A stretch of DNA of 64,000 nucleotides, from contig OZ223264.1 of NCBI GenBank assembly GCA_965140585.1, positions 768,001 through 832,000 on the forward strand, written 5' to 3'. This DNA is from Spirochaetia bacterium (GTDB taxonomy: Bacteria; Spirochaetota; Spirochaetia; UBA9216). Positions 37,893 to 47,695 of this stretch are shown piece by piece. The position numbers were made by a program, and so were the translations under genes. Position 1 is the stretch's first letter. Every line of letters begins with the position of its first letter. The notes beneath the pieces are model-generated. The model had not been told where the DNA came from. It saw only the letters and a list, made by a program, of their open reading frames with translations, and made no database searches.

Positions 37893-40238
37893 TTATTCCC
37901 CGAAAAGTATCGGGTAGGCTTCTTCTGCTGTCTTTACGTAGTGAAAGGTCAGGGCAGATGTTACTTCGTTCGGCAGTTCGTCGGTATCCTTGCGGTTTCC
38001 TTCGGGGATAATGACGTCAGTCATCTTGTTCCGGTAGGCTGCAAGCGATTTTTCCTTTAGTCCGCCGATCGGGAGAATCCGTCCTGTGAGGGTTATTTCT
38101 CCGGTCATCGCTATTCCCTTGTTTACAGGTTTGTCCTTCAACAGTGAAAGAAGTGCGGCAAGCAGGGTTATTCCGGCTGACGGACCGTCCTTGGGTATTG
38201 CGCCTTCCGGAACATGGATATGCATGCCCTTATCCTTAAAAAAGCCTTCATCAAGATCAAAAAGTCCGTAGTTGGCCCTTATAAAAGACAGGGCTGTTCT
38301 GGCACTCTCCTTCATGACATCGCCAAGGCTTCCGGTAAGTATAACCTCACCTTTACCGTCAATCAGCGCAGCCTCAATAGGAAGAAGGGTTCCTCCAAGT
38401 TCTGTCCATGCCAGGCCGTGGGCCAGTCCGGAACGGGTCTCGGTATAAACCAGATCGTCCTGATGAAGTTCCTTACCGAGGAACTTTTTAAGACTTTTTG
38501 AAGTAATAACGCGTTTATATTCAGAATCTAGGTTTTCACCCTTTGTAAGAGCCTCACGTGCTGTTTTTCTAAGTATTGTGGCAATCTGCCGTTCGAGGCT
38601 TCGAACACCGGATTCCATGGTGTAATTTCGTATAATCTTAAGAAGAGCGGATTTCTGGAAATCGATTGTTGTTTCGGCCAGCCCGTTTTCTTCCTTCTGC
38701 TTTGGAATTATAAAATCGGTTGCAATGGTAGTTTTTTCAAAATCTGTATAACCTGGAATCTCAATAATTTCCATCCTGTCCCGAAGCGGGTAGGGGATGT
38801 TGTGAATTGAGTTAGCAGTTGTTATAAACATTATTCCCGACAGATCGTAGGGTACTTCCATATAGTGATCGACGAATGTGCTGTTCTGTTCCGGATCGAG
38901 AACCTCAAGCAGGGCAGATGCGGGATCGCCCTTGAAATCTGAGCTCATCTTGTCTATTTCATCAAGAAGAAAAACAGGGTTTGAACTGCCGGCTTTTTTG
39001 ATTGACTGAATAATTTTGCCCGGCAGTGCTCCGACGTAAGTTTTGCGATGTCCGCGGATTTCCGCTTCGTCACGTACTCCGCCCAGCGAGATCCTTACAA
39101 ACTCACGGTTAAGAGCCCTTGCCACGGATTTACCAAGCGATGTTTTACCGGTGCCCGGAGGCCCTACAAAGCAGAGTATTGGACCCTTCATTTTTTCTTT
39201 AAGCTGCCTTACGGCTATATAGTCAAGGATTCTGTCCTTGGGTTTTTTCATGTTGTAATGATCTTCATCGAGGACTCTGGCTGCTTCGATGAGGTTTTTA
39301 TTGTCCAGGGTTTTAAGTCCCCATGGCAGATCTGAAAGCCATTCGAGGTAGGTTCTGAGAACTCCTGACTCCGGACTCATCGGCTGAAGTCTCGACAGTC
39401 TGGCGCCTTCTTTTTTGGCTTTTTCAATTACCTCGGAGGGGGCTTTTTTTGCCTCAATTTTCTCAACGAACTCGTTGATCTCCTGTCCCTCATCCTTTTC
39501 TTTACCCAGTTCCTTGTTTATTTCCTTAATCTGTTCGTTAAGAAAGTATTCACGCTGATTTTTTTCCATCTTCTGACGGACCCGGGTGGATATTTTATTC
39601 TGGAGGTTGAGCATCTCAATTTCTGCTTCAATCAGAACAGAGAGTGAGTCAAGCCTCTCGTTGGAGTCTACTATCGAAAGAATTTCAAGTTTGAATTCCT
39701 TTTTAACAGGCAGGGCTGCAAGAATAACATCAACAAGCTTGTCAGGATATTCGGCTTTTTCTGCTGCGGTAACTGAGTCTTTAGGGAAATTCTTTTTTAT
39801 GGAGGCGTATTTAGTGAATGCCTTAAGTACTGCCGCCATCGACGGAACAAGGTGCTCCGGAGTCGCAGTATGCAGTCTTATAAGGTTAACGTTTACAAAA
39901 GAAAAGTTCCGTTCATGCCTGAGTTTTCTTACAACGGCCCTCTGCTTGCCTTCTACGAGTACGCGGACAGTCCCGTCGGGCAGTTTCAGTACCTGAAGAA
40001 TCTTTGCTGTAGTTCCCGTAGGGTGAATATCGTTAATTTCGGGGTCTTCAGAGTCGTTTGACTGACATGAAATGAAAACCATCCGATCAGAAGCCATAGC
40101 TGCGTTTATTGCGTTAATGGTTGTCTGACGGCTGGTAAAAAAAGGTGTAACCATGAAAGGAAGAACCACCAGGTCCTTCAGGGCTACTAAGGGCAAGTCC
40201 TGTTTTTCGGTTTTTGATCCTGATGGTAGTATCTTCAT
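37893..40238 (-). CDS. lon: Lon protease
   Basis: [23 protein letters not shown] (Ser), GGLKEK (Lys). Confidence 0.97.
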   Translation of the reverse strand: MKILPSGSKTEKQDLPLVALKDLVVLPFMVTPFFTSRQTTINAINAAMASDRMVFISCQSNDSEDPEINDIHPTGTTAKILQVLKLPDGTVRVLVEGKQRAVVRKLRHERNFSFVNVNLIRLHTATPEHLVPSMAAVLKAFTKYASIKKNFPKDSVTAAEKAEYPDKLVDVILAALPVKKEFKLEILSIVDSNERLDSLSVLIEAEIEMLNLQNKISTRVRQKMEKNQREYFLNEQIKEINKELGKEKDEGQEINEFVEKIEAKKAPSEVIEKAKKEGARLSRLQPMSPESGVLRTYLEWLSDLPWGLKTLDNKNLIEAARVLDEDHYNMKKPKDRILDYIAVRQLKEKMKGPILCFVGPPGTGKTSLGKSVARALNREFVRISLGGVRDEAEIRGHRKTYVGALPGKIIQSIKKAGSSNPVFLLDEIDKMSSDFKGDPASALLEVLDPEQNSTFVDHYMEVPYDLSGIMFITTANSIHNIPYPLRDRMEIIEIPGYTDFEKTTIATDFIIPKQKEENGLAETTIDFQKSALLKIIRNYTMESGVRSLERQIATILRKTAREALTKGENLDSEYKRVITSKSLKKFLGKELHQDDLVYTETRSGLAHGLAWTELGGTLLPIEAALIDGKGEVILTGSLGDVMKESARTALSFIRANYGLFDLDEGFFKDKGMHIHVPEGAIPKDGPSAGITLLAALLSLLKDKPVNKGIAMTGEITLTGRILPIGGLKEKSLAAYRNKMTDVIIPEGNRKDTDELPNEVTSALTFHYVKTAEEAYPILFGE

Positions 40239-41479
40239 GCTGATTTTTTAGAAAATATAATCTCCGGTTTCTCTCTGTTGTGCACTACGTCTGCTGTAAC
40301 GCGGACTTTCTTTTCGCCTTCGATAGAAGGAATGTCGTACATAATGTCCATCATAATGGTTTCAACTATTGCACGAAGTCCTCTGGCGCCGGTTTTCCGG
40401 TTAACTGCCAGTTCCGCGATTGCTTCTATTGCAGAATCTTCAAAATCAAGTTCAACGTCATCAAGCTCAAGAAGAGCCTTGTACTGGCGAATTATTGAGT
40501 TCTTCGGTTCTGTAATAATCTTTTTGAGACTGTCAACTTCAAGATTGGACAGAGTTACATTAATAGGAAGCCTTCCAATAAACTCCGGAATGAGTCCGAA
40601 TTTAATAAGATCGTCCGGAAGAAGGTTTTCAAAAAGTTTTACAAGATCCTTGTCGCCGCTGGGGCGCACATCGGCACCGAAACCCATCGGATGCTGGCTG
40701 ATTCTGGTTTCAATAACCTTATCAAGACCTACAAATGCACCGCCGCAGATGAAAAGGATGTTCTTTGTATCAATTTTAAGCATTTCCTGGTTGGGGTGCT
40801 TTCTTCCTCCCTGTGGAGGTACAGAAGCAGAGGTTCCTTCGATTATCTTGAGAAGAGCCTGCTGGACACCTTCACCTGAAACGTCTCTTGTTATAGATAC
40901 GTTCTCGCCTTTTCTGGAAATCTTGTCAATTTCGTCAATGTAGATGATGCCCTTTTCAGCAGCGGCAATATTATTGCCTGCATTCTGGATAAGTTTGAGA
41001 AGTATGTTTTCAACATCTTCACCAACATAGCCTGCCTCTGTCAGAGTAGTTGCATCAGCTATTGCAAAAGGTACTTTGAGCTTTTTTGCAAGAGTTTTGG
41101 CAAGCAGGGTTTTACCTGTTCCTGTAGGACCAATGAGAAGGACATTGGCTTTTTCAAGCTCAACATCCTTGTCAAGTTTAACGTTCTGGGTAATTCGTTT
41201 GTAATGATTGTACACGGCTACAGACAGAACCTTTTTGGCTGAATCCTGCCCTATGATGTATTCGTCAAGATATTCCTTGATTTCCTGCGGCTTGGGTACC
41301 TCGTCCAGGTATTCCCCTGTAAGGATGTCTTCTTCCTCTTCCAGGATCTTTTTACAGACGTATACGCAGTCGTCACAGATGAATACACCCGGTCCTGCAA
41401 TAAGACGTCTGGCTGCATCCGAGCTTTTGCCGCAGAATGAGCAGACTTTATTATTGCTGTCTGTCTTATTTCGTGCCAT
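40235..41479 (-). CDS. clpX: ClpX ATPase
   Basis: CSFC...CDDC zinc finger, [20 protein letters not shown]. Confidence 0.97.
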   Translation of the reverse strand: MARNKTDSNNKVCSFCGKSSDAARRLIAGPGVFICDDCVYVCKKILEEEEDILTGEYLDEVPKPQEIKEYLDEYIIGQDSAKKVLSVAVYNHYKRITQNVKLDKDVELEKANVLLIGPTGTGKTLLAKTLAKKLKVPFAIADATTLTEAGYVGEDVENILLKLIQNAGNNIAAAEKGIIYIDEIDKISRKGENVSITRDVSGEGVQQALLKIIEGTSASVPPQGGRKHPNQEMLKIDTKNILFICGGAFVGLDKVIETRISQHPMGFGADVRPSGDKDLVKLFENLLPDDLIKFGLIPEFIGRLPINVTLSNLEVDSLKKIITEPKNSIIRQYKALLELDDVELDFEDSAIEAIAELAVNRKTGARGLRAIVETIMMDIMYDIPSIEGEKKVRVTADVVHNREKPEIIFSKKSA

Positions 41480-42077
41480 TTTCACCTCTCTCAAGTACTT
41501 TATCTACGATTCCGTACTCAACAGCCTCATGTGCGGACATGAAGAAATCCCGTTCGAGATCTTTTGCTATAACGGCAGCATCTTTGCCTGTATGGCTTGC
41601 AAAATAATCTATAGTCAGTTTTTTAAGTCTTACAATTTCCTTGGCCTGGATACCAATATCGGTGGCCTGACCCTGAACACCGCCCCAGGGCTGGTGAATC
41701 AGTACTCTTGAAGAGGGGAGGGAAAATCTTTTTCCCGGGCTTCCGCATGTAAGCAGCAGTGCTCCCATGGAAGCTGCCTGCCCAAGACAAATTGTCTGTA
41801 CATCTGTTTTTATGTGCTGAATTGTATCGTAGATAGCCAGTCCCGCGGTTACTGAGCCGCCGGGACTGTTGATATAGATGCTTATATCCCTTTCAGGATC
41901 CTGTGATTCAAGGAAAAGAAGCTGAGCTACCACTAAGTCGGCAGTCAGGTCATTGATTTCTCCATCAATGAAGATAATTCGGTCTTTCAGCAGACGTGAA
42001 TAAATGTCGTAGGATCTTTCTCCTACTCCTGTCTGTTCAATTACGACAGGGACAAGGCTGTTCATTTGTTCGTTCAT
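41466..42077 (-). CDS. clpP: ClpP protease
   Basis: [25 protein letters not shown]. Confidence 0.97.
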   Translation of the reverse strand: MNEQMNSLVPVVIEQTGVGERSYDIYSRLLKDRIIFIDGEINDLTADLVVAQLLFLESQDPERDISIYINSPGGSVTAGLAIYDTIQHIKTDVQTICLGQAASMGALLLTCGSPGKRFSLPSSRVLIHQPWGGVQGQATDIGIQAKEIVRLKKLTIDYFASHTGKDAAVIAKDLERDFFMSAHEAVEYGIVDKVLERGENGTK

Positions 42078-42086
42078 GCTGTTAAT

Positions 42087-43454
42087 TTACTCCTTATTCT
42101 GCATCAAGTCCAGATAATCTTTTTTTGCTCCTTTCTTGATCTCGGCACTCTTAAGCAGTAAATCAAAGAGTTTATTTCCTTTCATCTCATCCTTAAGATA
42201 AGAGGTCATTCCGTTCTGGTCGAAGTAGTTCTTTGTGTCTTCGAAGCTCATGCCGGCAGTTTCTCCCTGCTTCTTGATTTCTTCGTCGACTTCTTCATCG
42301 CTTACTTCTATTTTTTCTTCTTCTACCAGTTTGTCAGATATGAGGTATGTTTTAACATTCTTTTCTGCAGAGGGTCTCCATTCATCACGCATGTCTTCCT
42401 TGGTTTTTCCCTGCATTTCAAGAATCTGCACAATCTGCTCTTCAGGCATTCTTGACTGTGCAACAAAATGCTGCCATGCCTGGTCAATTTCAGCATCAAG
42501 CATTGATTTGGGAACATCAACCTTGGAATCTTCAAGAATAAGATCGATAAGCTTCTGCTTGTTAATCTCTTCAATTTTCTTGTCTGCATTTTCCTGAAGT
42601 TTTTTCTTTGTAGCTTTTTTAAGGTCATCGAGTGTTTTGTATTCATCACTGATGTCCTGTGCAAGTTCATCATCAAGATCCGGAAGGTCTTTTACTTTTA
42701 CAGTAACAAGTTTGATTTTAATCTTCTTCTTTGTGCCGGCCAGGTCCTTGTAGTCGTAGTCTTCAGGGAAATCCTTTTCTACAACCTTTTCCTCGCCTGT
42801 AGTCATTCCGGTTACGTCGTCATCAAGTTTGTAAAGATTATATCCGGTGCCGATTGTAAATACGAAATCTTCTCTTTTAGTATCTTCAATATCGTTTCCG
42901 TCTTCATCTACTTCGCAGTAATTTACGGTTACAATATCGTCTTTTTCGGCCTTGCTGCCTTCTGCCTTCTCAACAACAACTGAATTCTGTTCTCTGAGGG
43001 TTTCAAGCTCCGCATCGATATCTTTCTTCAGAACTGAGCATACGGGAGATTCAATCTCAAGGCCCTTGTATTTACCGACTGTAACTTCAGGCATAGTGTC
43101 GTATACAACTGCGAAAGTGAAGTCCTTATCAAGTTCGATGAGGAGTTCTTCGTTTTCATCTTCCTGAAGAACCGGTGTAGCATAGGGAAGAGGTTTCTTT
43201 TCAACATCTTCGTAGGCTTCCTTCAGAGCGTTCTCCATAAGGTTCATCGTAGCTTCACCTTTAATGGAATCTCCGAATTTCTGTTCAAGAACACTTGCGG
43301 GAGCTTTTCCCTTTCTGAACCCCTTGATATGTGCTGATTTGGTGTATTTTTTCAGCAGTTCGTCATATTCCTTTTTAACTGCATCTTTGGAAACTGTGAC
43401 TGTCAGTTTAACTTGTGAGTTCTCAAGTGTTTCCAGGTTTTTACTTACGATCAT
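42087..43454 (-). CDS. tig: Trigger factor
   Basis: GFRKGKAP signature; upstream of clpP. Confidence 0.95.
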   Translation of the reverse strand: MIVSKNLETLENSQVKLTVTVSKDAVKKEYDELLKKYTKSAHIKGFRKGKAPASVLEQKFGDSIKGEATMNLMENALKEAYEDVEKKPLPYATPVLQEDENEELLIELDKDFTFAVVYDTMPEVTVGKYKGLEIESPVCSVLKKDIDAELETLREQNSVVVEKAEGSKAEKDDIVTVNYCEVDEDGNDIEDTKREDFVFTIGTGYNLYKLDDDVTGMTTGEEKVVEKDFPEDYDYKDLAGTKKKIKIKLVTVKVKDLPDLDDELAQDISDEYKTLDDLKKATKKKLQENADKKIEEINKQKLIDLILEDSKVDVPKSMLDAEIDQAWQHFVAQSRMPEEQIVQILEMQGKTKEDMRDEWRPSAEKNVKTYLISDKLVEEEKIEVSDEEVDEEIKKQGETAGMSFEDTKNYFDQNGMTSYLKDEMKGNKLFDLLLKSAEIKKGAKKDYLDLMQNKE

Positions 43455-43563
43455 CTGCGTCCTCGCTGTTTTCCGTTATGTTTATACGGTGAATAATTAT
43501 GTTTCTAGAGAAACTGAAAAAAAAAGGCGACCTAGGGAAATGCCCTCGATCGCCTTACTGTAG

Positions 43564-43635
43564 AGCGGGAGACGGGAATTGAACCCGCGACATCCACCTT
43601 GGCAAGGTGGAGCTCTACCGCTGAGCTACTCCCGC
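43564..43635 (-). tRNA. tRNA-Gly(GCC)
   Basis: GCGGGAG acceptor; anticodon arm CCACC-TT-GCC-AA-GGTGG; GGTTCAATTCC. CCA not encoded. Confidence 0.95.
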
Positions 43636-43686
43636 TTGATGTTCTGAAACTAAGTACCCATGGGCACATCTTTAAAAAAAAAGATA

Positions 43687-43767
43687 TACGAGAGAAGGGA
43701 CTTGAACCCTTACGCCAAAGGCACCAGATCCTAAGTCTGGCGTGTCTGCCAATTTCACCACTCTCGC
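43687..43767 (-). tRNA. tRNA-Leu(TAG)
   Basis: CCAGA-CT-TAG-GA-TCTGG, long variable arm, GGTTCAAGTCC. Confidence 0.95.
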
Positions 43768-43854
43768 AGTTTTACTGCGGAGCGTGGCTTCCATCAGGAA
43801 GTTTCCGCATTATTACACTTTTTCTAATATAGGTCAATATATTTGAAAAAGTTT

Positions 43855-43927
43855 TGAGCCGTGTAGGGATCGAACCTACGACCCGCAGATTAAGAGTCTG
43901 CTGCTCTCCCAGCTGAGCTAACGGCCC
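43855..43927 (-). tRNA. tRNA-Lys(CTT)
   Basis: GCAGA-CT-CTT-AA-TCTGC; GGTTCGATCCC. Confidence 0.95.
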
Positions 43928-43955
43928 GTTATTTAAATTGCCAAAAAACAAAGAC

Positions 43956-44029
<74 letters not shown>

Positions 44030-44058
44030 ATGCTCCTGTACGCAAAGTCAGGCGCTAG

Positions 44059-44132
44059 GGTGGATAACGGGACTTGAACCCGCAACACCCAGAACCACAA
44101 TCTGGTGCTCTACCGATTGAACTATATCCACC
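44059..44132 (-). tRNA. tRNA-His(GTG) with encoded G-1
   Basis: CCAGA-TT-GTG-GT-TCTGG; G-1 opposite a C discriminator. Confidence 0.95.
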
Positions 44133-44263
44133 ATATTACGTGCGTAGGAATATGCTATATTTTAGCTTTTTTGTCAACCCGAAAGCAAAATCTAAAACCG
44201 CTTAAACCTTACACGAAATGGTATTAAATTTGAATCCCGCTTCGGTTTAATTATAATTTAAAT

Positions 44264-45355
44264 ATGAGAAGAAAGATCCTCTTTATAGCAGGAGCTGCTG
44301 CAGTTCTGGCTGTTTCAGTGCTCCTTGTTTACAGCAATCTGCGTCCATACAGGATCGGTGTTGTACTGCTTCAGAACGCCTCGGTTGTACAGGAGCAGTA
44401 TTTGGCTTCCCGGTTCTATGCAGAAAAACTTGAAAAAATAGGTATGCATCCGCTTAAAGTCATTTTTAAATCGCCTGATTCAGGCGAAGAGGCTCTACGG
44501 CAGTCCTGCAGGGAGCTTGTGGCGGAGAACGTCTCAGTAATCATAGGCGGAAGCATCAGCAGTGAGGGTGTGATCATTGCTGATGAGCTGAAGGATTCAG
44601 GTATTCCGGTTCTCGGAGTGACTGCTTCTACCGGCAGCCTAAGTGATTTGAAAGATAACTTTTTCAGAATCGCTATATCCGCCTTCGAGATAGGAAAGTG
44701 CTATGGTTCTCATTTTAATTCAAAAGGATATAGTTCAGTTACTGTGATAAGAGCTCAAAGCAACCAGGATTATACCGGTTCTCTTAGTGAAGGCGTTAAA
44801 TCCGTATTTAACGGACGAATCTCAGAATCTTTTTTTGAACCTGAAGCTATCTATACAGCTGATAGCAATGATGATGCCGTTCTGGCAATCTGTACCGCAT
44901 CTGAACTTATTCAGATTATCAAGAGTATAAGAATTCAGTCTCCGGATTTTAAAATCTATGCTACAGACTGGGGATTTGATGAACTGCTTTCGCTTTTTTC
45001 TATTCCGGAAATGGAGGGGGTTCTTTCATTAAGCAGAGTTGGAGCGATTGAAGACAGTAACCGGAAGCTGCTGGATGAGTATCATGAACAGATGCAGATC
45101 AAACCGACTTTTGGTGCGCTCACGGTTATCAGGGTAATGGATATATGCAGAACAGCCCTCATTGAAAGCGGTGATTCTCCTGAAGCGATAATTGATTATT
45201 TTTCAACTCCAAGATTTTATGACTCAGGCTACGGCCGGATTTATATGAATGAGTACGGCGATTCAATTCCTGAAAACATGTTTTTAAGGCAGATTGTTGA
45301 TTCCGAAATTGTAATTATAGAAGAGATTAGAAATGCAGATTTTCCGGAAAAATAA
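44264..45355 (+). CDS. Membrane-anchored type I periplasmic binding protein (LivJ-like)
   Basis: N-terminal TM; VIIGGSISS, IPVLG..AS, DNFFRI, MNEYGD. Confidence 0.75.
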   Translation: MRRKILFIAGAAAVLAVSVLLVYSNLRPYRIGVVLLQNASVVQEQYLASRFYAEKLEKIGMHPLKVIFKSPDSGEEALRQSCRELVAENVSVIIGGSISSEGVIIADELKDSGIPVLGVTASTGSLSDLKDNFFRIAISAFEIGKCYGSHFNSKGYSSVTVIRAQSNQDYTGSLSEGVKSVFNGRISESFFEPEAIYTADSNDDAVLAICTASELIQIIKSIRIQSPDFKIYATDWGFDELLSLFSIPEMEGVLSLSRVGAIEDSNRKLLDEYHEQMQIKPTFGALTVIRVMDICRTALIESGDSPEAIIDYFSTPRFYDSGYGRIYMNEYGDSIPENMFLRQIVDSEIVIIEEIRNADFPEK

Positions 45356-47009
45356 ATCTGAAGCCAAATCAATTATCAGAATCTATATAACCATAATCAG
45401 GTTTATTAAGGGTTCTGTTGCAATATTCAGTATTTTATCAATCAGTATAGTGCTGTTCTTTTACTCTTATCAGGCAGAACAGCTGCTAAAGAGGCTGGAC
45501 CACTGGAGTGTCACCTTTCAGGAAAGTCTTGATTTTATGCAGAAATCGGGGTTCCTTTCTTTTGAACGGCTGCGCTTTTTTTCCGATGCTGAAAGTTTTG
45601 TTTATGATATTGATGGTAACATTATTACTTCAAATACTGAGGGGCTTGAAGGTTTGAATATTCGGCCAAGCGCACTCTATATTGCAACCAAGAATCTGAA
45701 AAACGGACAGATTCATATAGGGATTTATCCTGATTTTAAGAGCAGTGAGCAGAAGGTAAATGTTGTAGAGCTAAATGATGGTATGTATGTCACTGTGAGC
45801 TACAGTCCTGATATATTTTTTCCTGCAATGATTTCAGGTATTGATGTAATTGCCGTAACACAGTCTTCCAGAGTCGTATATTCAAATTTATTTGAGTGGG
45901 TAGGGCTTTCAGTTAACATAAAGCATTTTCTCATTCTTCAGGGAAGGGCTTATTTAATCGGTTCAAAATCTCTAAGTCAGATGGAAAATGCGGAAATTGC
46001 GTTCTTTCTGGATATAACAGACTATATTATCCTCGGGGTAGTACTGATTTCAATTTTGGCAGTTTTTTTGCTGATACTATATCTCTTCTCGATCAGGCTG
46101 TCCATGGAAGTTAGAAAGCTTAGAAAAGAGCAGATAGAGATAACCTCCGCCGCTGAGTTTTTTCCCGATGATCTTACTGCACCGGATGCTGCAGCAACGG
46201 ATTCAGGTATGGATCACTACAGGAATCTTATACTGAAAGAGCAGAAGATTATTGAAAAAATTCAATCGGATTTCATCGAAAACCGGCATCTCCTTGAACT
46301 TTTTTACCGATTTGTAACTGCCTCAGGTTTTCTTCTTGAACGGATTGATTCTGAAGCCGGAAAGCGTGATTTGCTGCAGAAAAAAGCTCTGCATGAAAAG
46401 GATGTGCTGATGGCGGAAATTCATCACAGGGTAAAAAATAATCTGCAGATTATTTCAGCACTTCTGCAGATTCAGAGTGAAAAGGAAACAGATCCGAGAA
46501 TCCTTGATTTTGTAAGAAGCGCTGTTGCCAGAATTCATTCAATAGCCTTCGTTCATGAAGCTCTTTATTCAGGAGATGACCTGATTACTGTTTCAACTGA
46601 GGAATTCTTTTTCGGTCTTCTCAGAGACCTCTGTATGATAACAGGCATGGAAGAGGTTGAATTGAAACTTGATTTAGACTCATTTCCACTTAACCTTACC
46701 GAACTGGTTTCGCTTGGTTTGATTTTCAGTGAGCTTATTATTAATTCTCAGAAGCACGCATTCAATGATTCGGTTAAAGGTGAAATTTATGTGTTGATGA
46801 AAAAAGAGGTCAACGGCACAATTACTGTAAAATATGGTGATAATGGTCCCGGTCTGCCCCAATTCTTCCGGATTGAAGATTCCGGAAGAATTGGGCTTAC
46901 TCTGGTGCATGATCTTGTAAAACAGCTGGGTGGTACTATGCTTACTGAGGCGCCCGATAAACATTATGCTGTTTCATTTTCATTTATCCCCTCAGGCGCG
47001 CCTTTTTGA
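45333..47009 (+). CDS. Membrane sensor histidine kinase (HisKA_2 type)
   Basis: Two TM; EIHHRVKNNLQII; ELIINSQKHAF; DNGPG; IGLTLV. Confidence 0.88.
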   Translation: MQIFRKNKSEAKSIIRIYITIIRFIKGSVAIFSILSISIVLFFYSYQAEQLLKRLDHWSVTFQESLDFMQKSGFLSFERLRFFSDAESFVYDIDGNIITSNTEGLEGLNIRPSALYIATKNLKNGQIHIGIYPDFKSSEQKVNVVELNDGMYVTVSYSPDIFFPAMISGIDVIAVTQSSRVVYSNLFEWVGLSVNIKHFLILQGRAYLIGSKSLSQMENAEIAFFLDITDYIILGVVLISILAVFLLILYLFSIRLSMEVRKLRKEQIEITSAAEFFPDDLTAPDAAATDSGMDHYRNLILKEQKIIEKIQSDFIENRHLLELFYRFVTASGFLLERIDSEAGKRDLLQKKALHEKDVLMAEIHHRVKNNLQIISALLQIQSEKETDPRILDFVRSAVARIHSIAFVHEALYSGDDLITVSTEEFFFGLLRDLCMITGMEEVELKLDLDSFPLNLTELVSLGLIFSELIINSQKHAFNDSVKGEIYVLMKKEVNGTITVKYGDNGPGLPQFFRIEDSGRIGLTLVHDLVKQLGGTMLTEAPDKHYAVSFSFIPSGAPF

Positions 47010-47014
47010 AAATT

Positions 47015-47632
47015 TTATCTGGAATAATATTCGATTATCAATCTCTGATTAGCTTTTATATTCTCCGAAAGCCCTTCGGGAGAAGCTGCTACATCTGCTT
47101 TGAATTCATCATTGTCTGTATTCAGCCAGGCTGTTGTTCTTCTGGATATACTGCCCAGATTCTGTCTGGCCAGATCTCGGACTCCCTTTTTTGATGTGAG
47201 TGTTATTTCATCTCCGGGGCTTATCTGCGCTGATGGAATATTCAGTCTTTTTCCGTTTACCAGGATATGACCGTGAGAAACCATCTGCCTTGCCTGGGCT
47301 CTGCTTGATGCCCAGTTCAGACGGAACACAGTGTTGTCTATTCTCTGCTCCAGCATCTTCAGCATATTCATGCCTGTATCGCCGGGTCTTTTTTTTGCCT
47401 TTTCATAGAGATTGTAAAACTGCTTTTCCGAAAGTCCATAGGTGAATCTGAGTTTCTGTTTTGCTTCGAGCTGAAGTCCGTAGTCACTGATCTTTCTGCG
47501 GTCTCTTGTTTTAGGAGCTTTTCCGGGCTTATTCGGTTTGCGATCCAGCAGCTTCGAATATTTCGGCTGTTCGAATATATTATCACCGAAGCGTCTTACA
47601 ATTTTACCCTTCGGGTTGTTTAATCTTGCCAT
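47015..47632 (-). CDS. rpsD: 30S ribosomal protein S4
   Basis: SDYGLQLEAKQK, YGLSEKQF, LEQRIDN, QARQMVSHGH, IIEYYSR. Confidence 0.96.
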   Translation of the reverse strand: MARLNNPKGKIVRRFGDNIFEQPKYSKLLDRKPNKPGKAPKTRDRRKISDYGLQLEAKQKLRFTYGLSEKQFYNLYEKAKKRPGDTGMNMLKMLEQRIDNTVFRLNWASSRAQARQMVSHGHILVNGKRLNIPSAQISPGDEITLTSKKGVRDLARQNLGSISRRTTAWLNTDNDEFKADVAASPEGLSENIKANQRLIIEYYSR

Positions 47633-47695
47633 TTGGCCTCCTGTTCAGACTTAATAAGATAATTAGGAGACTCTAAGTTGTCAAGATATAGATTA

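Noticed and set aside
40278-40943. 221-aa ORF antisense to clpX, and many similar shadow ORFs
   Set aside because: Ser/Ile-rich mirror frames of well-supported genes, expected from codon bias.
43599-43832. 77-aa plus-strand ORF
   Set aside because: Antisense to tRNA-Gly and tRNA-Leu; no protein-like features.
47015-47632. Standalone Cys-free rpsD as a zinc-starvation paralog
   Set aside because: An isolated rpsD with this type of N-terminus is normal in spirochaetes as I recall; no evidence of a second copy in this window.
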